Assembly: GCA_965223505.1 (NCBI GenBank)
Contig: CBDCWP010000026.1
Coordinates: 96,001-160,000, forward strand
DNA from: Planctomycetota bacterium
GTDB lineage: Bacteria > Planctomycetota > PLA2 > JAEUHO01
Direction of reading: 5' to 3'
DNA length: 64,000 nt
Part shown: positions 8,882-18,501 of the stretch, piece after piece
Layout: every line of letters starts with the position of its first letter
How positions within the stretch are numbered: the first letter of the stretch is position 1
Translations under genes and position numbers: made by a program
The notes under the pieces: generated by a model
Databases searched by the model: none
Told to the model about the DNA's origin: nothing
Seen by the model: only the letters and a program-made list of their open reading frames with translations

Positions 8882-11152
8882 TCACCGCTCGCCTTCCGTG
8901 GACGGATCGCAGCCGCCTCCGAGCGGCTTGGGTAGGTACATGCGCAGCCCGTACCCGCCGGCCCGTCTCGCGCCCGGGTACTCGCCCTGCGCGACGTGTT
9001 CGACGCCTGGCAACTTCTCCAAAACGGCTTCGACGAGATCACGTCCAGGCGGCCGTCCCTGCCTGCCGTCGGAATCCGCCCAGACAGACTGGACCTCGGG
9101 TGTCAGCTTCTTCGGTGTCACGACTCGCGGCTTCCCCGCACGAGCGAGCCGATGTATGGCGCCAACGAGGGCCTCATTGATAGCGGCCTGGACATCGCCG
9201 TGCTCGTGGCGTGGCGTTGCGTTGGATCCGGCCTTGGAAGGAACGAGATCCGCTTCGGCGGCGCGGTACACCATGCGCCCTCGGTCGTTGTCCCAACCGA
9301 GCCGCAGCCACCAGCTGCGACTGGCCACTCCAGGTGGCTCGGGTGGTCGACACCCCTGCGCCAGTGCCTCCGCGCGCTGCGCGAGCCACCGAAGATGCCC
9401 AGGGTCTCGCGCCTCAACTTCGGCCTTCATGACCGTCGATTGCTCATCGACAACCCGAATCCCAAGGTTGGCGCTGGACGCGGCGCGGATCGCCGTGGAG
9501 CCGAGCATGTGGACATGCGACGACGAACCCTCGCCGGCCTTGCGGTCGTGGTGGCAGCACCAGACTGTCGCGGGAATCGCGAGTAGGGCGTTCACCATTG
9601 CGACAGCGTCGCCGGCCTCACTGATGCTCTGCCCCGAGCCCATGGCGGAGAAGGCCGTGTAGGTGTCGATCAAGACCAGATCAACACCTGACTTCTCGAC
9701 GACTCGTGCGACGCCATCGCGCAGTGCCTCAGGAGAAACGAGGAGACTCTTGAACTCGCGAGACGCGATGAGCAACCGGCCCGATCCGCGCAACTCGTAG
9801 TCCGGGTCGTAGAGATCGAAGAAGCTGTGTGCCATCGCCTCCGGCATCTCTGTGAGCACGAGCACGCGCTTCGGTGGCCGTTGACCGAGTTCAATGACGC
9901 CGGCGATCGGGTCGTTGCAACGAAGTGCCTCGCAGAGGCAGTAGAAGGCGAAGTTCGACTTCGAGGACTTGGGCGGGGCATGAACGAAGTTGAGCGCACC
10001 CGCAAGCACGGCCGGCCTCAACACGAATACCTGCTGCGGCGCAGGATTCTCCTTCGTGAAGATGGTCGCGAAGCCGCCGGAGGTGATGAGTTCGTCGAGT
10101 CGATCGATCTCGCTCTGAGCATCCACCATGACATCCCTCCATCGGCTTGGCATGGAGATCCAGCCGGGGATTCCTGCCGCGCGGGCGTCGCGAGCCATCC
10201 TGTTCAGAGTGCCGAGCGTGATTCGATCCTGACCAACGCTGCGCTTGAACGACGCAAGCTTGTTCTTGACGTCTTCGCGCCCGCGGTACTTGTCACGGGA
10301 CTGCTTCGACCAGTCGTCGGCCAGGTCAACAACGACCTCGCGTGCGTCGTCACCCCACGCGTCAATCACGCTCTGCAGGCCAGCAAGGACGCGAATCCAC
10401 GTTTCGTAGTCCGCTGCGACGGGAGCGCCAAGACCCGACAGAGCCCTCACCGCGTCCGAGATGGCGCGACGCGATGACGATCCGCTGCACTGTGCTGGAC
10501 TGCTTCGCGCGCCAGAAGTCTCGGACACGAGCAACACATCAAGGAGCCAGGACGGACCATTGGGGATGTCCTCGGGATATGGCAGATCGTCTTCCCACGC
10601 GTATTCGCCCTCGGCACCCTTCTCACGCACGACGCTCGGTTCGAGCATCAGATAGAACGAGTTCGCCCATCCGCACTCAACACCGGTCCCAATGCCGAGA
10701 GGCTTGCGCGACGGCGTACGTCCGCTCGGATAGCGCATGAGGAAGTGCCAGCCGCCGCTCCATGACCGCTGCGTCGGGAAGCGGCCCCGAAGCCAACCGA
10801 CCGGATCCGTAAGGAACTCCCCCGGCACTTCGGCACGTTCCCCAACCGCCACGGCAAGGTCGCGCGGCCCGTCCTTCTCGTCCTTCGTGTCGACGTCGAG
10901 GTAGAGCACGCCCGGCGGCGGAAGCCCTGCGAGATTAGCTTGCCCTCCGAAGTCTCTGTCGAGAACTGCCTCGAGCTCGTGAATGTCCGCGGTCGCGTCG
11001 TTCTTCCCTGCGGACCCCTTGGTCGGCTTCTTCGAGAAGCGCGGGACCCAGAACTGGGTCCACCCCCTAGCACTGTTCTGTGCAGCGGCTTCGACAAGTT
11101 CGTCGCGCGGTGGCATCGCACGCACGACTTCTGACCTGGCAAGTGTCGGCAC
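8882..11152 (-). CDS. Primase-polymerase / PriCT-2 / AAA_25-type helicase replication protein
   Basis: Prim-pol LDVD and GGWHF; PriCT-2-like DYETWIRV...WSKQS..KY; Walker A APPKSSKS, Walker B LVLIDT. Confidence 0.85.
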   Translation of the reverse strand: MPTLARSEVVRAMPPRDELVEAAAQNSARGWTQFWVPRFSKKPTKGSAGKNDATADIHELEAVLDRDFGGQANLAGLPPPGVLYLDVDTKDEKDGPRDLAVAVGERAEVPGEFLTDPVGWLRGRFPTQRSWSGGWHFLMRYPSGRTPSRKPLGIGTGVECGWANSFYLMLEPSVVREKGAEGEYAWEDDLPYPEDIPNGPSWLLDVLLVSETSGARSSPAQCSGSSSRRAISDAVRALSGLGAPVAADYETWIRVLAGLQSVIDAWGDDAREVVVDLADDWSKQSRDKYRGREDVKNKLASFKRSVGQDRITLGTLNRMARDARAAGIPGWISMPSRWRDVMVDAQSEIDRLDELITSGGFATIFTKENPAPQQVFVLRPAVLAGALNFVHAPPKSSKSNFAFYCLCEALRCNDPIAGVIELGQRPPKRVLVLTEMPEAMAHSFFDLYDPDYELRGSGRLLIASREFKSLLVSPEALRDGVARVVEKSGVDLVLIDTYTAFSAMGSGQSISEAGDAVAMVNALLAIPATVWCCHHDRKAGEGSSSHVHMLGSTAIRAASSANLGIRVVDEQSTVMKAEVEARDPGHLRWLAQRAEALAQGCRPPEPPGVASRSWWLRLGWDNDRGRMVYRAAEADLVPSKAGSNATPRHEHGDVQAAINEALVGAIHRLARAGKPRVVTPKKLTPEVQSVWADSDGRQGRPPGRDLVEAVLEKLPGVEHVAQGEYPGARRAGGYGLRMYLPKPLGGGCDPSTEGER

Positions 11153-11178
11153 GGCTAAGCCCTGAGCCCTGCCGGCTC

Positions 11179-11370
11179 TTAGGCCCTACGCCGTTGTTCG
11201 ATGTACGACGCGATGTCGCCCGGGTGGAACGCGATGCGGCGGGCGGAGACTCGTACGGTGGTCAGCGCCCCTGATGCGACCAGGGATCTCAGGGTGCGCA
11301 AGCTCACTGTGAGCTGTCGCGCCGCCTCCTGCGCAGAGACGAGTTGAACGGCGGGAATCGACTGGCGCAT
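11179..11370 (-). CDS. Excisionase/AlpA-like HTH protein
   Basis: LVSAQEAARQLTVSLRTLRSLVASGALTTVRVSARRIAF; 63 aa; directly upstream of the primase. Confidence 0.85.
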   Translation of the reverse strand: MRQSIPAVQLVSAQEAARQLTVSLRTLRSLVASGALTTVRVSARRIAFHPGDIASYIEQRRRA

Positions 11371-11463
11371 GTGCTTGCTCCATTGCGACGGTGTTGTCGT
11401 GCAATGGGGTGTAGCAGTCTCCGACAGCGGTCCGTAAGCCGCCCGCCGTAAAACAAATCACCG

Positions 11464-12234
11464 CTACGGCGATTGTCTTACGCGGCCTTCCCACCTTCCC
11501 GTCTGCGGGTGCTTCCTGGCCTCGACATCAGAGACCTCGGGATCATCACGGTGGCATCGAAGTTCGCCTGCCGCCGAACGTACGCTCGAGAATAGGCCCT
11601 CATGCTCGAAGCGAACGAGCGCGATCCACTGGTGCTTCTGCGCCACGCCATTCTCGCGAATGAGTTGCGCGAGGCGCTTCCATGCCGGATTCTCCTTCGG
11701 TGGCGCTCCCCGGCGTTTGGGGTGCGCCGGAGGCCGTGGAACTTCGAGCGCATCCAGAAAAGTCCACTTGGTTCTGAAGACCTTGGCAGCGGTTTCCGCG
11801 CCGCTAGCGAGGCGCCCGCCAAGTCGCCGCGAACGTGCGTAGAACCCTGTCTTTCGGGTCTCCCAATCCTCGGAGAGTCCTTCCTTAAAGAGCCCGAGAA
11901 TCTCCCGTGCGAGAACCCCCGCCCGGTGCAATGAGGCTCGCGTCGTCGGGTTCTCCCCGAGACGGTAGAAGCGTTCGAGCTGCTGGTGCGTCACGTAGGT
12001 GCGGATGAGCGGCTCAACCGGAGCGCCGTCCTTCTCGGGCCAGCCACGCCCCGCCGCCGCATACTCGTACATCATCCTCTGCAACTCGATGATCCGAGAG
12101 ACGACATCGCGCGGATCCTCGATGTATGCGCTCGCCCCCGTCCACCTACACCCTAGCGCCATCAACTCCGTCAACTCACCATGAAGGTCATGGAATGTCG
12201 GGTGCGGAATGTGATCAACTCGCAACTCTTCCAT
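11464..12234 (-). CDS. Hypothetical protein
   Basis: Long ORF; likely ATG at 12234 (MEELRVDH). Confidence 0.55.
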   Translation of the reverse strand: MEELRVDHIPHPTFHDLHGELTELMALGCRWTGASAYIEDPRDVVSRIIELQRMMYEYAAAGRGWPEKDGAPVEPLIRTYVTHQQLERFYRLGENPTTRASLHRAGVLAREILGLFKEGLSEDWETRKTGFYARSRRLGGRLASGAETAAKVFRTKWTFLDALEVPRPPAHPKRRGAPPKENPAWKRLAQLIRENGVAQKHQWIALVRFEHEGLFSSVRSAAGELRCHRDDPEVSDVEARKHPQTGRWEGRVRQSP

Positions 12235-12371
12235 TCTGCGAGTGTATCTAGCGGAAGGGACGTGCAGGGAGTCCAGCCCTGTGCAGTGCTCATTGCGATA
12301 GCTGCGGACGGGGCTATTTCTGGGGGCGGGACAACCGCGGCGCCAACCGCCAGCTGCTTCGTTCGGAGCCA

Positions 12372-13706
12372 ATGCAAATGCGGATCAGTGTCCAGTATCT
12401 GCCGGCCGACAAGTTGCTCCCGGACCCGGCGAACCCGCGGGTGATCTCGGACTCCGAGATGGCGGCGCTCGTCCGCTCGATCGAAACGTGGGGCCTCGTT
12501 GACCCCATCATCGTGCGCAAGGCCGACAGAACGGTGATTGGCGGCCATCAGCGCCTGCAAGCAGCGCGACGGCTTGGCTACAACTCGGTCCCCGTTGTCG
12601 AGGTCGATCTCTCGGAGGATCAGGCGCGGGCTCTCAACGTGGCGTTGAATCGAATCGGCGGCGAGTGGGACGTGCCCAAGCTGGCCGAACTTCTTCGCGG
12701 TCTCCCCGAGGACCTCGCCACGCTGACCGGCTTCGACCAGGACGCCATCGGGCGTGTGATGCACGAAGCCGAGCAAGCGATCCGCGCCATCCAGGGCGAG
12801 CAGGATCTCGACGCCGTGCCCGAACCGCCCGACGAGGCGGTCACGCAACGGGGCGATCTGATCCTGCTGGGTGAGCACCGCCTCTTGTGTGGTGACGCCG
12901 GAAGTACCGAGGATCTGGACCGACTACTCGACGGAGCGCCGATCCACTTGGCGAATTGTGACCCTCCCTACAACGTCAAGGTCGAGCCCAGGTCGAACAA
13001 TGCCATCGCAGCCGGCCTGACGACGAAGAACGACACGCGCGCCAAGACGCACCATCAGCAACTCGACGTGGCGCGCCATCCGGGCAAGGCCAAGGCGACG
13101 CACGATCGGCTGCGCGCGAAGGACCGTCCGTTAGAGAACGACTTCGTTTCCGACGAGGAGTTCGACCAACTCCTCCATGCGTGGTTCGGCAACCTGTCGC
13201 GTGTGCTACTCCCCGGTCGTGCAGCATACATCTGGGCCGGCTACGCCAACGTCGTGAACTTTCCGCAGGCGCTCAAGGAGGCGGGGCTCTACTTCTCACA
13301 GTGGATCATCTGGGACAAACAGTGGCCGGTGCTGACGCGCAAGGACTTCATGGGCGCCCACGAGGTCTGCTACTACACCTGGAAGGAAGGCGCGGCACAT
13401 CAGTTCTTCGGCCCGCCTAACGTGCCCGACGTATGGGCGGTGAAGAAGGTCAACCCGCAGTCCATGGTTCACCTCACGGAGAAGCCCGTCGAGTTGGCGA
13501 TCCGCGCGATTGAGTACAGCAGCGTTCCCGGTGAGAACGTGCTGGATCTGTTCGGCGGATCCGGTTCGACGCTGATTGCCTGTGAGCAAACGCAGCGCAA
13601 CGGCTACCTGATGGAGCTGGATGGTCTGTATTGCGACATCATCGTCGCTCGGTACGAGCATCTCACCGGGAAGAAGGCGGAACGCGTCCGTTCCGAACCG
13701 TCGTGA
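12372..13706 (+). CDS. ParB/Srx N-terminal domain + N6/N4 DNA methyltransferase (phage type)
   Basis: NPR...SIETWGLVDPIIV...IGGHQRL ParB-like; DPPY; H-TEKPV; VLDLFGGSGST. Confidence 0.92.
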   Translation: MQMRISVQYLPADKLLPDPANPRVISDSEMAALVRSIETWGLVDPIIVRKADRTVIGGHQRLQAARRLGYNSVPVVEVDLSEDQARALNVALNRIGGEWDVPKLAELLRGLPEDLATLTGFDQDAIGRVMHEAEQAIRAIQGEQDLDAVPEPPDEAVTQRGDLILLGEHRLLCGDAGSTEDLDRLLDGAPIHLANCDPPYNVKVEPRSNNAIAAGLTTKNDTRAKTHHQQLDVARHPGKAKATHDRLRAKDRPLENDFVSDEEFDQLLHAWFGNLSRVLLPGRAAYIWAGYANVVNFPQALKEAGLYFSQWIIWDKQWPVLTRKDFMGAHEVCYYTWKEGAAHQFFGPPNVPDVWAVKKVNPQSMVHLTEKPVELAIRAIEYSSVPGENVLDLFGGSGSTLIACEQTQRNGYLMELDGLYCDIIVARYEHLTGKKAERVRSEPS

Positions 13707-13775
13707 CCGAGGACCCGGCCAGCGCCCTGGACCCCGCCGACCTCGAAGAACAGGCCAAGGCCACGATCGAGTCGT
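13703..13775 (+). pseudogene. 5' stub of the next element gene, cut by the transposon
   Basis: GTG overlapping the MTase stop; VTEDPASALDPADLEEQAKATIES runs into the transposon end. Confidence 0.5.
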
Positions 13776-13874
13776 TGTCTCCCTCGACGAATAGGTGACC
13801 TGCGAAGGGCAGGAAACCGGTGTTGATAAGGCTCTCTCCTTTGGCTGGCCTATGTGCCAGGGAAAGGAAGAGAG

Positions 13875-15236
13875 ATGAACGACGATACGAAGGCGCCCGA
13901 GAGGTTGGACGGCCCGCTTCCGAAGGGAGGCGGAGGCGACGAAGTCGCCGGAGCCGAGCGGAGGAAGCGGGCCGTGAGCGGCTACGTGCCCCGCGGCACA
14001 CGCAGCCGTCGTGCTCGAACGGTGCGAAGCGACGCATCGCGTAGCGCGGAGTTCACGGGCGAGCAGCGCCTGTTGGCGCTTGACTGTTGGTTTCGCAGCG
14101 AGCTTGCGGCCACGGAGTTCGCGCCGCTGATCGGCGTGAGCACGGCGTCGCTGTACGCGTGGCGTCGCAAGTTCGAGGAGGAGGGCCCCGCCGGTTTGCT
14201 CGGGCACAAGCGCGGCATGAAGGGCAGCGGGCTGCCCGAGCCGGCGCGCCGTGCGATCCTGATGATGAAGGACGCGCATCCGGACTGGGGCCAGGATCGG
14301 ATCCACGACATGCTGATCCGAACGGAGGGTATCTCGGTTTCAGGCGGCGCGGTTCAGCGCGTGCTGAAGGAAGCGGGCTACGAGGTGGAGGCGGTTGCGC
14401 CGGCGCGCAACCCGCCCAAGGTGAAGCGATTCGAGCGCAAGCGACCGAACGAGCTTTGGCAAACGGATCTATTCACGTTTCTCCTGAAGCGCGAGCGTCG
14501 GCGCGTGCACCTGGTTTGCTACCTGGACGACTTCTCGCGTTTCATCGTGGGCTTCGGGCTTCACGCATCGGCGTCGGGTGCGATGGTTCGGGAGACGTTC
14601 GAGCAGGCGATCGCGAACTTCGGCGCGCCCGAGGAGATTTTGACCGACAACGGCGCGCAGTATCAGACCTGGCGCGGGAAGAGCTCGTTTCGCAAGCTTT
14701 GCGAGAAGCGCGGCATCAAGCAGATCGTGGCCAGGCCGAGGCGGCCGCAGACGCTTGGCAAGATCGAGCGTTTCTGGGGCACGCTGTTTCGCGAGCTGAT
14801 CGACGGAGCGATCTTCCGCGGCATGGAGGACGCCAAGACGCGCATTGCCCACTTCATCGGCTTCTACAACTTCCAGCGCACCCACCAGGGCATTGGCGGC
14901 CTGGTTCCAGCGGACCGATTCTTCGAAGCCTCGCAGAGCGTGCGCAGCGCCCTGCAGGAGGCGGTTGCAACGAACGCCAAGGAGTTGGCGCTTCACGGTG
15001 AGCCGCGCAAGCCCTTGTACCTGGCGGGTCGAATCGGCGACGAGCCGGTGTCGCTTCACGCCGAGGGCGACAAGGTGCTGTTGACGGACAAGGACGGCGT
15101 TCGCGAAGAGGTCGACTTGCGGGCATCGGGCAAGCGCAAGGATGCGGCCAAGGAGGGGCCGGGCGAGAGCGTGCTCGACGACGTGCTCGAGGAGCTCAAG
15201 GCCCTTGACGAGGCGCCCACGAAGGAGCAGGAGTAA
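13875..15236 (+). CDS. DDE transposase (IS481-like, HTH + rve)
   Basis: LWQTD, LDDFSR, LTDNG, PQTLGKIER; ATG 13875 follows an AG-rich RBS. Confidence 0.92.
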   Translation: MNDDTKAPERLDGPLPKGGGGDEVAGAERRKRAVSGYVPRGTRSRRARTVRSDASRSAEFTGEQRLLALDCWFRSELAATEFAPLIGVSTASLYAWRRKFEEEGPAGLLGHKRGMKGSGLPEPARRAILMMKDAHPDWGQDRIHDMLIRTEGISVSGGAVQRVLKEAGYEVEAVAPARNPPKVKRFERKRPNELWQTDLFTFLLKRERRRVHLVCYLDDFSRFIVGFGLHASASGAMVRETFEQAIANFGAPEEILTDNGAQYQTWRGKSSFRKLCEKRGIKQIVARPRRPQTLGKIERFWGTLFRELIDGAIFRGMEDAKTRIAHFIGFYNFQRTHQGIGGLVPADRFFEASQSVRSALQEAVATNAKELALHGEPRKPLYLAGRIGDEPVSLHAEGDKVLLTDKDGVREEVDLRASGKRKDAAKEGPGESVLDDVLEELKALDEAPTKEQE

Positions 15237-15742
15237 TGCCTACGAAGAAGAAGAACGTGACGACGATCACGGCGAGCAAGACGTCGCGCAAGCACGTGGC
15301 AGTGATATTGGAAGCGCTCTCAGGCGAGATCGGCACGAGCGAGGCGGCTGAGCAGATGGGCGTGTCGCTCTCGCGCTACTACCAGCTCGAAGGCCGTGCT
15401 TTGAAGGGCATGCTGCGGGCGATGGAGCCGAAGAAGCGCGGCATCCAGAAGACGCCGCAGCGCGAGATATTGGCGCTGAAGGCCGAGAAACAGCACCTGG
15501 AGAAGGAGCTTCGGCGGCACCAGTCCCTGCTTCGTGCGGCCAATCGAAGCCTGGGGCTGGCGCGCGGCGGGCGCAAGCAGGCATCCTCGAAGAAGGGCCG
15601 CAGCGCCAAGCGCGGCCACCGCGGCAAGACGGTGCTGAAGACGCTGCGCACGGGCCTTGAAGAGAAAGGAAACGGCGATGGGACGGCGAAGCGAGATGCC
15701 GACGCTGGTGGCGCGCACGTCGGCGAGCGAGACGGCGCGTGA
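15236..15742 (+). CDS. Transposon accessory HTH/coiled-coil protein
   Basis: TSEAAEQMGVSLSRYYQLE HTH; start coupled to the transposase stop. Confidence 0.8.
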   Translation: MPTKKKNVTTITASKTSRKHVAVILEALSGEIGTSEAAEQMGVSLSRYYQLEGRALKGMLRAMEPKKRGIQKTPQREILALKAEKQHLEKELRRHQSLLRAANRSLGLARGGRKQASSKKGRSAKRGHRGKTVLKTLRTGLEEKGNGDGTAKRDADAGGAHVGERDGA

Positions 15743-16073
15743 GCGCGTGAAGGTGATTCTGCTCACGCTTGGCCGGCAGTGGAGCGTTGGCGATGCGTGC
15801 GAGCGTTTGGGCATCGGCCGAACGCGCTTCCAGGATCTTCGACGTAGGTTCTTGCAGGCCGGCGTTGAGGCGCTTGAAGGCGGCGCTTGTGGCCGGCCGC
15901 GCGCCGTGCTGCCTGACGACGATCATGAGCTTGAGCGCGAGGTGTCGAAGCTACGGCACCGAGTGCGCGTGGTGCGCACGCAGGTGGACATCTTCGATTG
16001 CGGGCTTGGCGAGGCGCCGCGGGTTCGGCACGCGCTGCATGTGGCGCACCAGGAAGGTTGGAGGCAGCGATGA
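15678..16073 (+). CDS. Transposon accessory HTH protein
   Basis: SVGDACERLGIGRTRFQDLRRRF...GRPR; RBS AAAGGA. Confidence 0.8.
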   Translation: MGRRSEMPTLVARTSASETARERVKVILLTLGRQWSVGDACERLGIGRTRFQDLRRRFLQAGVEALEGGACGRPRAVLPDDDHELEREVSKLRHRVRVVRTQVDIFDCGLGEAPRVRHALHVAHQEGWRQR

Positions 16074-17176
16074 GCGAGAAGATGTCGTACGAGGAGCAGG
16101 TGAAGTTCCGGCTTCAGGCCGTGGAGGTGATGCGGCGAAGTGGCTGGGACAAGGAAACACGCGCCTACCTGGCGCGAGTCCTTGGCGTGGCCGAGCGAAC
16201 GATCAGGCGTTGGGAGCTTCGCGTTCGCCAGGGCAAGCCGGTGTACGAGAAGCGTGGCCGCAAGGCCGATGACGTACCACGAGCGAAGCGGCAGAAGGTG
16301 CTGCATGCGATGTTCAAGCTGGGGCCGTTCTCGGGTGTGGCCGTACTTCGGGGCATGTTCAGCGACGTACCGTATCGCGTGCTTTCAGAGATGAAGAGGC
16401 GCCTGCTACGGGTGGCGCTGCGTCGATGGCGCTGGTATCGCAAGCGGCTAGAGTGGGTTCGTTCCGGGGCGGTGTGGGCGGCGGACTTCACCAGGCCCAA
16501 GGCTGGCCTCTGGCAGGGCAAGGATCGACTGTTCCTGGTTCGCGATCTCGGAAGCGGAGCGCAGCTGGCGGCCGTAGCCTGCCGGGGCGAGAAGACGAAG
16601 ACTGTGTGCGCGGCGCTGCTCGCTTTGATCACGCTGTTCGGAGCGCCGCTGATTCTGAAGAAGGACAACGCGGGCGCGTTTCGCTCGGAACAGACGGCCG
16701 CGTTGCTCGAGGAGCACGGCATCACGCCACTCACGTCGCCGCCGTACACGCCCGCCTACAACGGCGCGTGCGAGCGCAGCGGCGGGAACTTCAAGCGACG
16801 TGTACAGCACATCGCGCAGATGGAAGGACATCCCCGCATCTGGCTACCTCAAAACCTCGACGACGCCTTGCTCGTTGCGAATACGACGGCGAGGCCATGG
16901 GGTGCGACTGGGCCGACGCCGGCGGAGGCTCTTGAAGACCGCCGGCCGATCACGAGGCAAGAGAGAACGGCATTTGAGCACGATCTGAAGTTCGAGACCG
17001 ATGCCGCGCTCAAGACATTCAAGGAAAGAAACGCTAGAATGCCGACGTGCATCGAGCGCGCGTCAATCGACCGCAGCGCGACGCAGAGAACGCTCTGCAA
17101 GCACGGCTATCTACAGTTCCGGAGAGGGCGCTTATCAACACTAGTTTCCGCTTGGCGGACGCGGCCTAACGCGTAG
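16070..17176 (+). CDS. Second DDE transposase/integrase (HTH + rve)
   Basis: LARVLGVAERTIRRW HTH; WAADF, KKDNA, PAYNGACER; ATGA overlap at the start. Confidence 0.9.
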   Translation: MSEKMSYEEQVKFRLQAVEVMRRSGWDKETRAYLARVLGVAERTIRRWELRVRQGKPVYEKRGRKADDVPRAKRQKVLHAMFKLGPFSGVAVLRGMFSDVPYRVLSEMKRRLLRVALRRWRWYRKRLEWVRSGAVWAADFTRPKAGLWQGKDRLFLVRDLGSGAQLAAVACRGEKTKTVCAALLALITLFGAPLILKKDNAGAFRSEQTAALLEEHGITPLTSPPYTPAYNGACERSGGNFKRRVQHIAQMEGHPRIWLPQNLDDALLVANTTARPWGATGPTPAEALEDRRPITRQERTAFEHDLKFETDAALKTFKERNARMPTCIERASIDRSATQRTLCKHGYLQFRRGRLSTLVSAWRTRPNA

Positions 17177-17184
17177 GGGACACA

Positions 17185-18388
17185 GTACACGGACGTCGGT
17201 GGGACTACGCAGGTCTCAGATTCAAACGGGAATCTGACGGACAACGGAACGTATCTGTTCGAATACGACTACAGGAACCAGATCGTTCGCGTGAAACTGA
17301 AGTCAGATAGCTCGACTGTGGCGGAGTACCTCTACGACGCGCTGGGGCGGCGGGTCGAGAAGGAGGTAGGCGGCGACGTCTGGCGGTTCATCTACTCGGA
17401 CCTAGAGACAGTCGCCGTCTACGATGGGAGCAATAGCTGGCTGCAAGACTTCGTGTTCGGTCAACGAATCGATGAGGTCTTGATGCTCGAGCAGGCGGAC
17501 GTGCTCGACTTCGATGGGGATTCGAATACGACCGAGACGACGCGATCCTTCTACCATCTAAATGCCCTGGGGTCGGTGACTGAGATCACCGAGATGGACG
17601 AGGACGTTGCCGCCAGCTACCGCTACGACCCCTACGGCGCCGTGACGATTATTCGGAACAGCACCGAAGAGTCCGAGGACCCACTTGGGCAACCCTGGAT
17701 GTTCACAGGCAGGTTTGCCGATGAAGAGACGGGGATGTACTACTACCGCTCAAGGGCGTACGATCCGGAAGTTGGGAGATTCACTCAGCGAGACGGACTC
17801 AGCTACGCATCGGGTCCCAATCTATACGAGTACGTCGGGAGCCATCCTCCTTCCGGAAGAGATCCTCTCGGGCTTGAGGAAGAAGACACCGACGAGAAGA
17901 GCGCCGAAGACAAGCCGGACCAAGGTCCGGACACAGAGAAACTCATGAAGCCCAGGTGGCGGCCACCCGGCCGCGCAGGCTGGACCGCCGCATTTACGAA
18001 GGCACACCTCGAGTGGTGGGAGGTTATTATCCGCGAGTACGAGCTGCACGGGCATCCGGCGGAGCGCCGCCGTCCCGCTCCCGCGAAGCCCGAGAAAACC
18101 GCGTTCGACAAGGACGGCACGTCCCCACCGCCCTGGATGGTGATCCCCCATGTACCTGCAGGTGGGGGGGGGACGACCGTCTGCCCTGGGTCTGGGCCGA
18201 AGTCTCTGCGTGATTGGCTGGGTGATAAGGATCTGCCTCCGTGGCTGGTCGCGCCCCATCTTCTTGACGAACCGCTCGACGGCGAGAGTAACGCTGACGG
18301 CTCGGACGACGCGGGAAGTGACGGCGCGGGCAAGGGTGAGACAGAAGGCGACAAGAAGACCGGCGAGAGCGGGAAGCCCGCCAAGTAG
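17185..18388 (+). pseudogene. 5'-truncated Rhs/YD-repeat protein: core plus variable C-terminal tip
   Basis: Frame open from the transposon end; YDALGRR, YDPYG, FTGR..DEETGMYYYRSRAYDPEVGRFTQRD, PPSGRDPLGL (PxxxxDPxG) followed by a distinct tip. Confidence 0.9.
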
Positions 18389-18501
18389 CGCCCCCCCGGG
18401 GGAGCTTGGCGGCCGCCCAATCACTTGAACCTGAAGCAGCGATTCGCGGTTCCGGTACGATAGCGATGTGGTGCCGTACGCACTCTCGGAGTTTCGCCCC
18501 G

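Larger units (their letters stand above)
13776..17184 (+). mobile_element. 3409-bp four-gene transposon with two DDE transposases, copy 1
   Basis: Ends TGTCTCCC...GGGACACA; subterminal inverted repeats at 13812-13839 and 17121-17149; same length as the inverted copy at 29687-33095. Confidence 0.92.
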
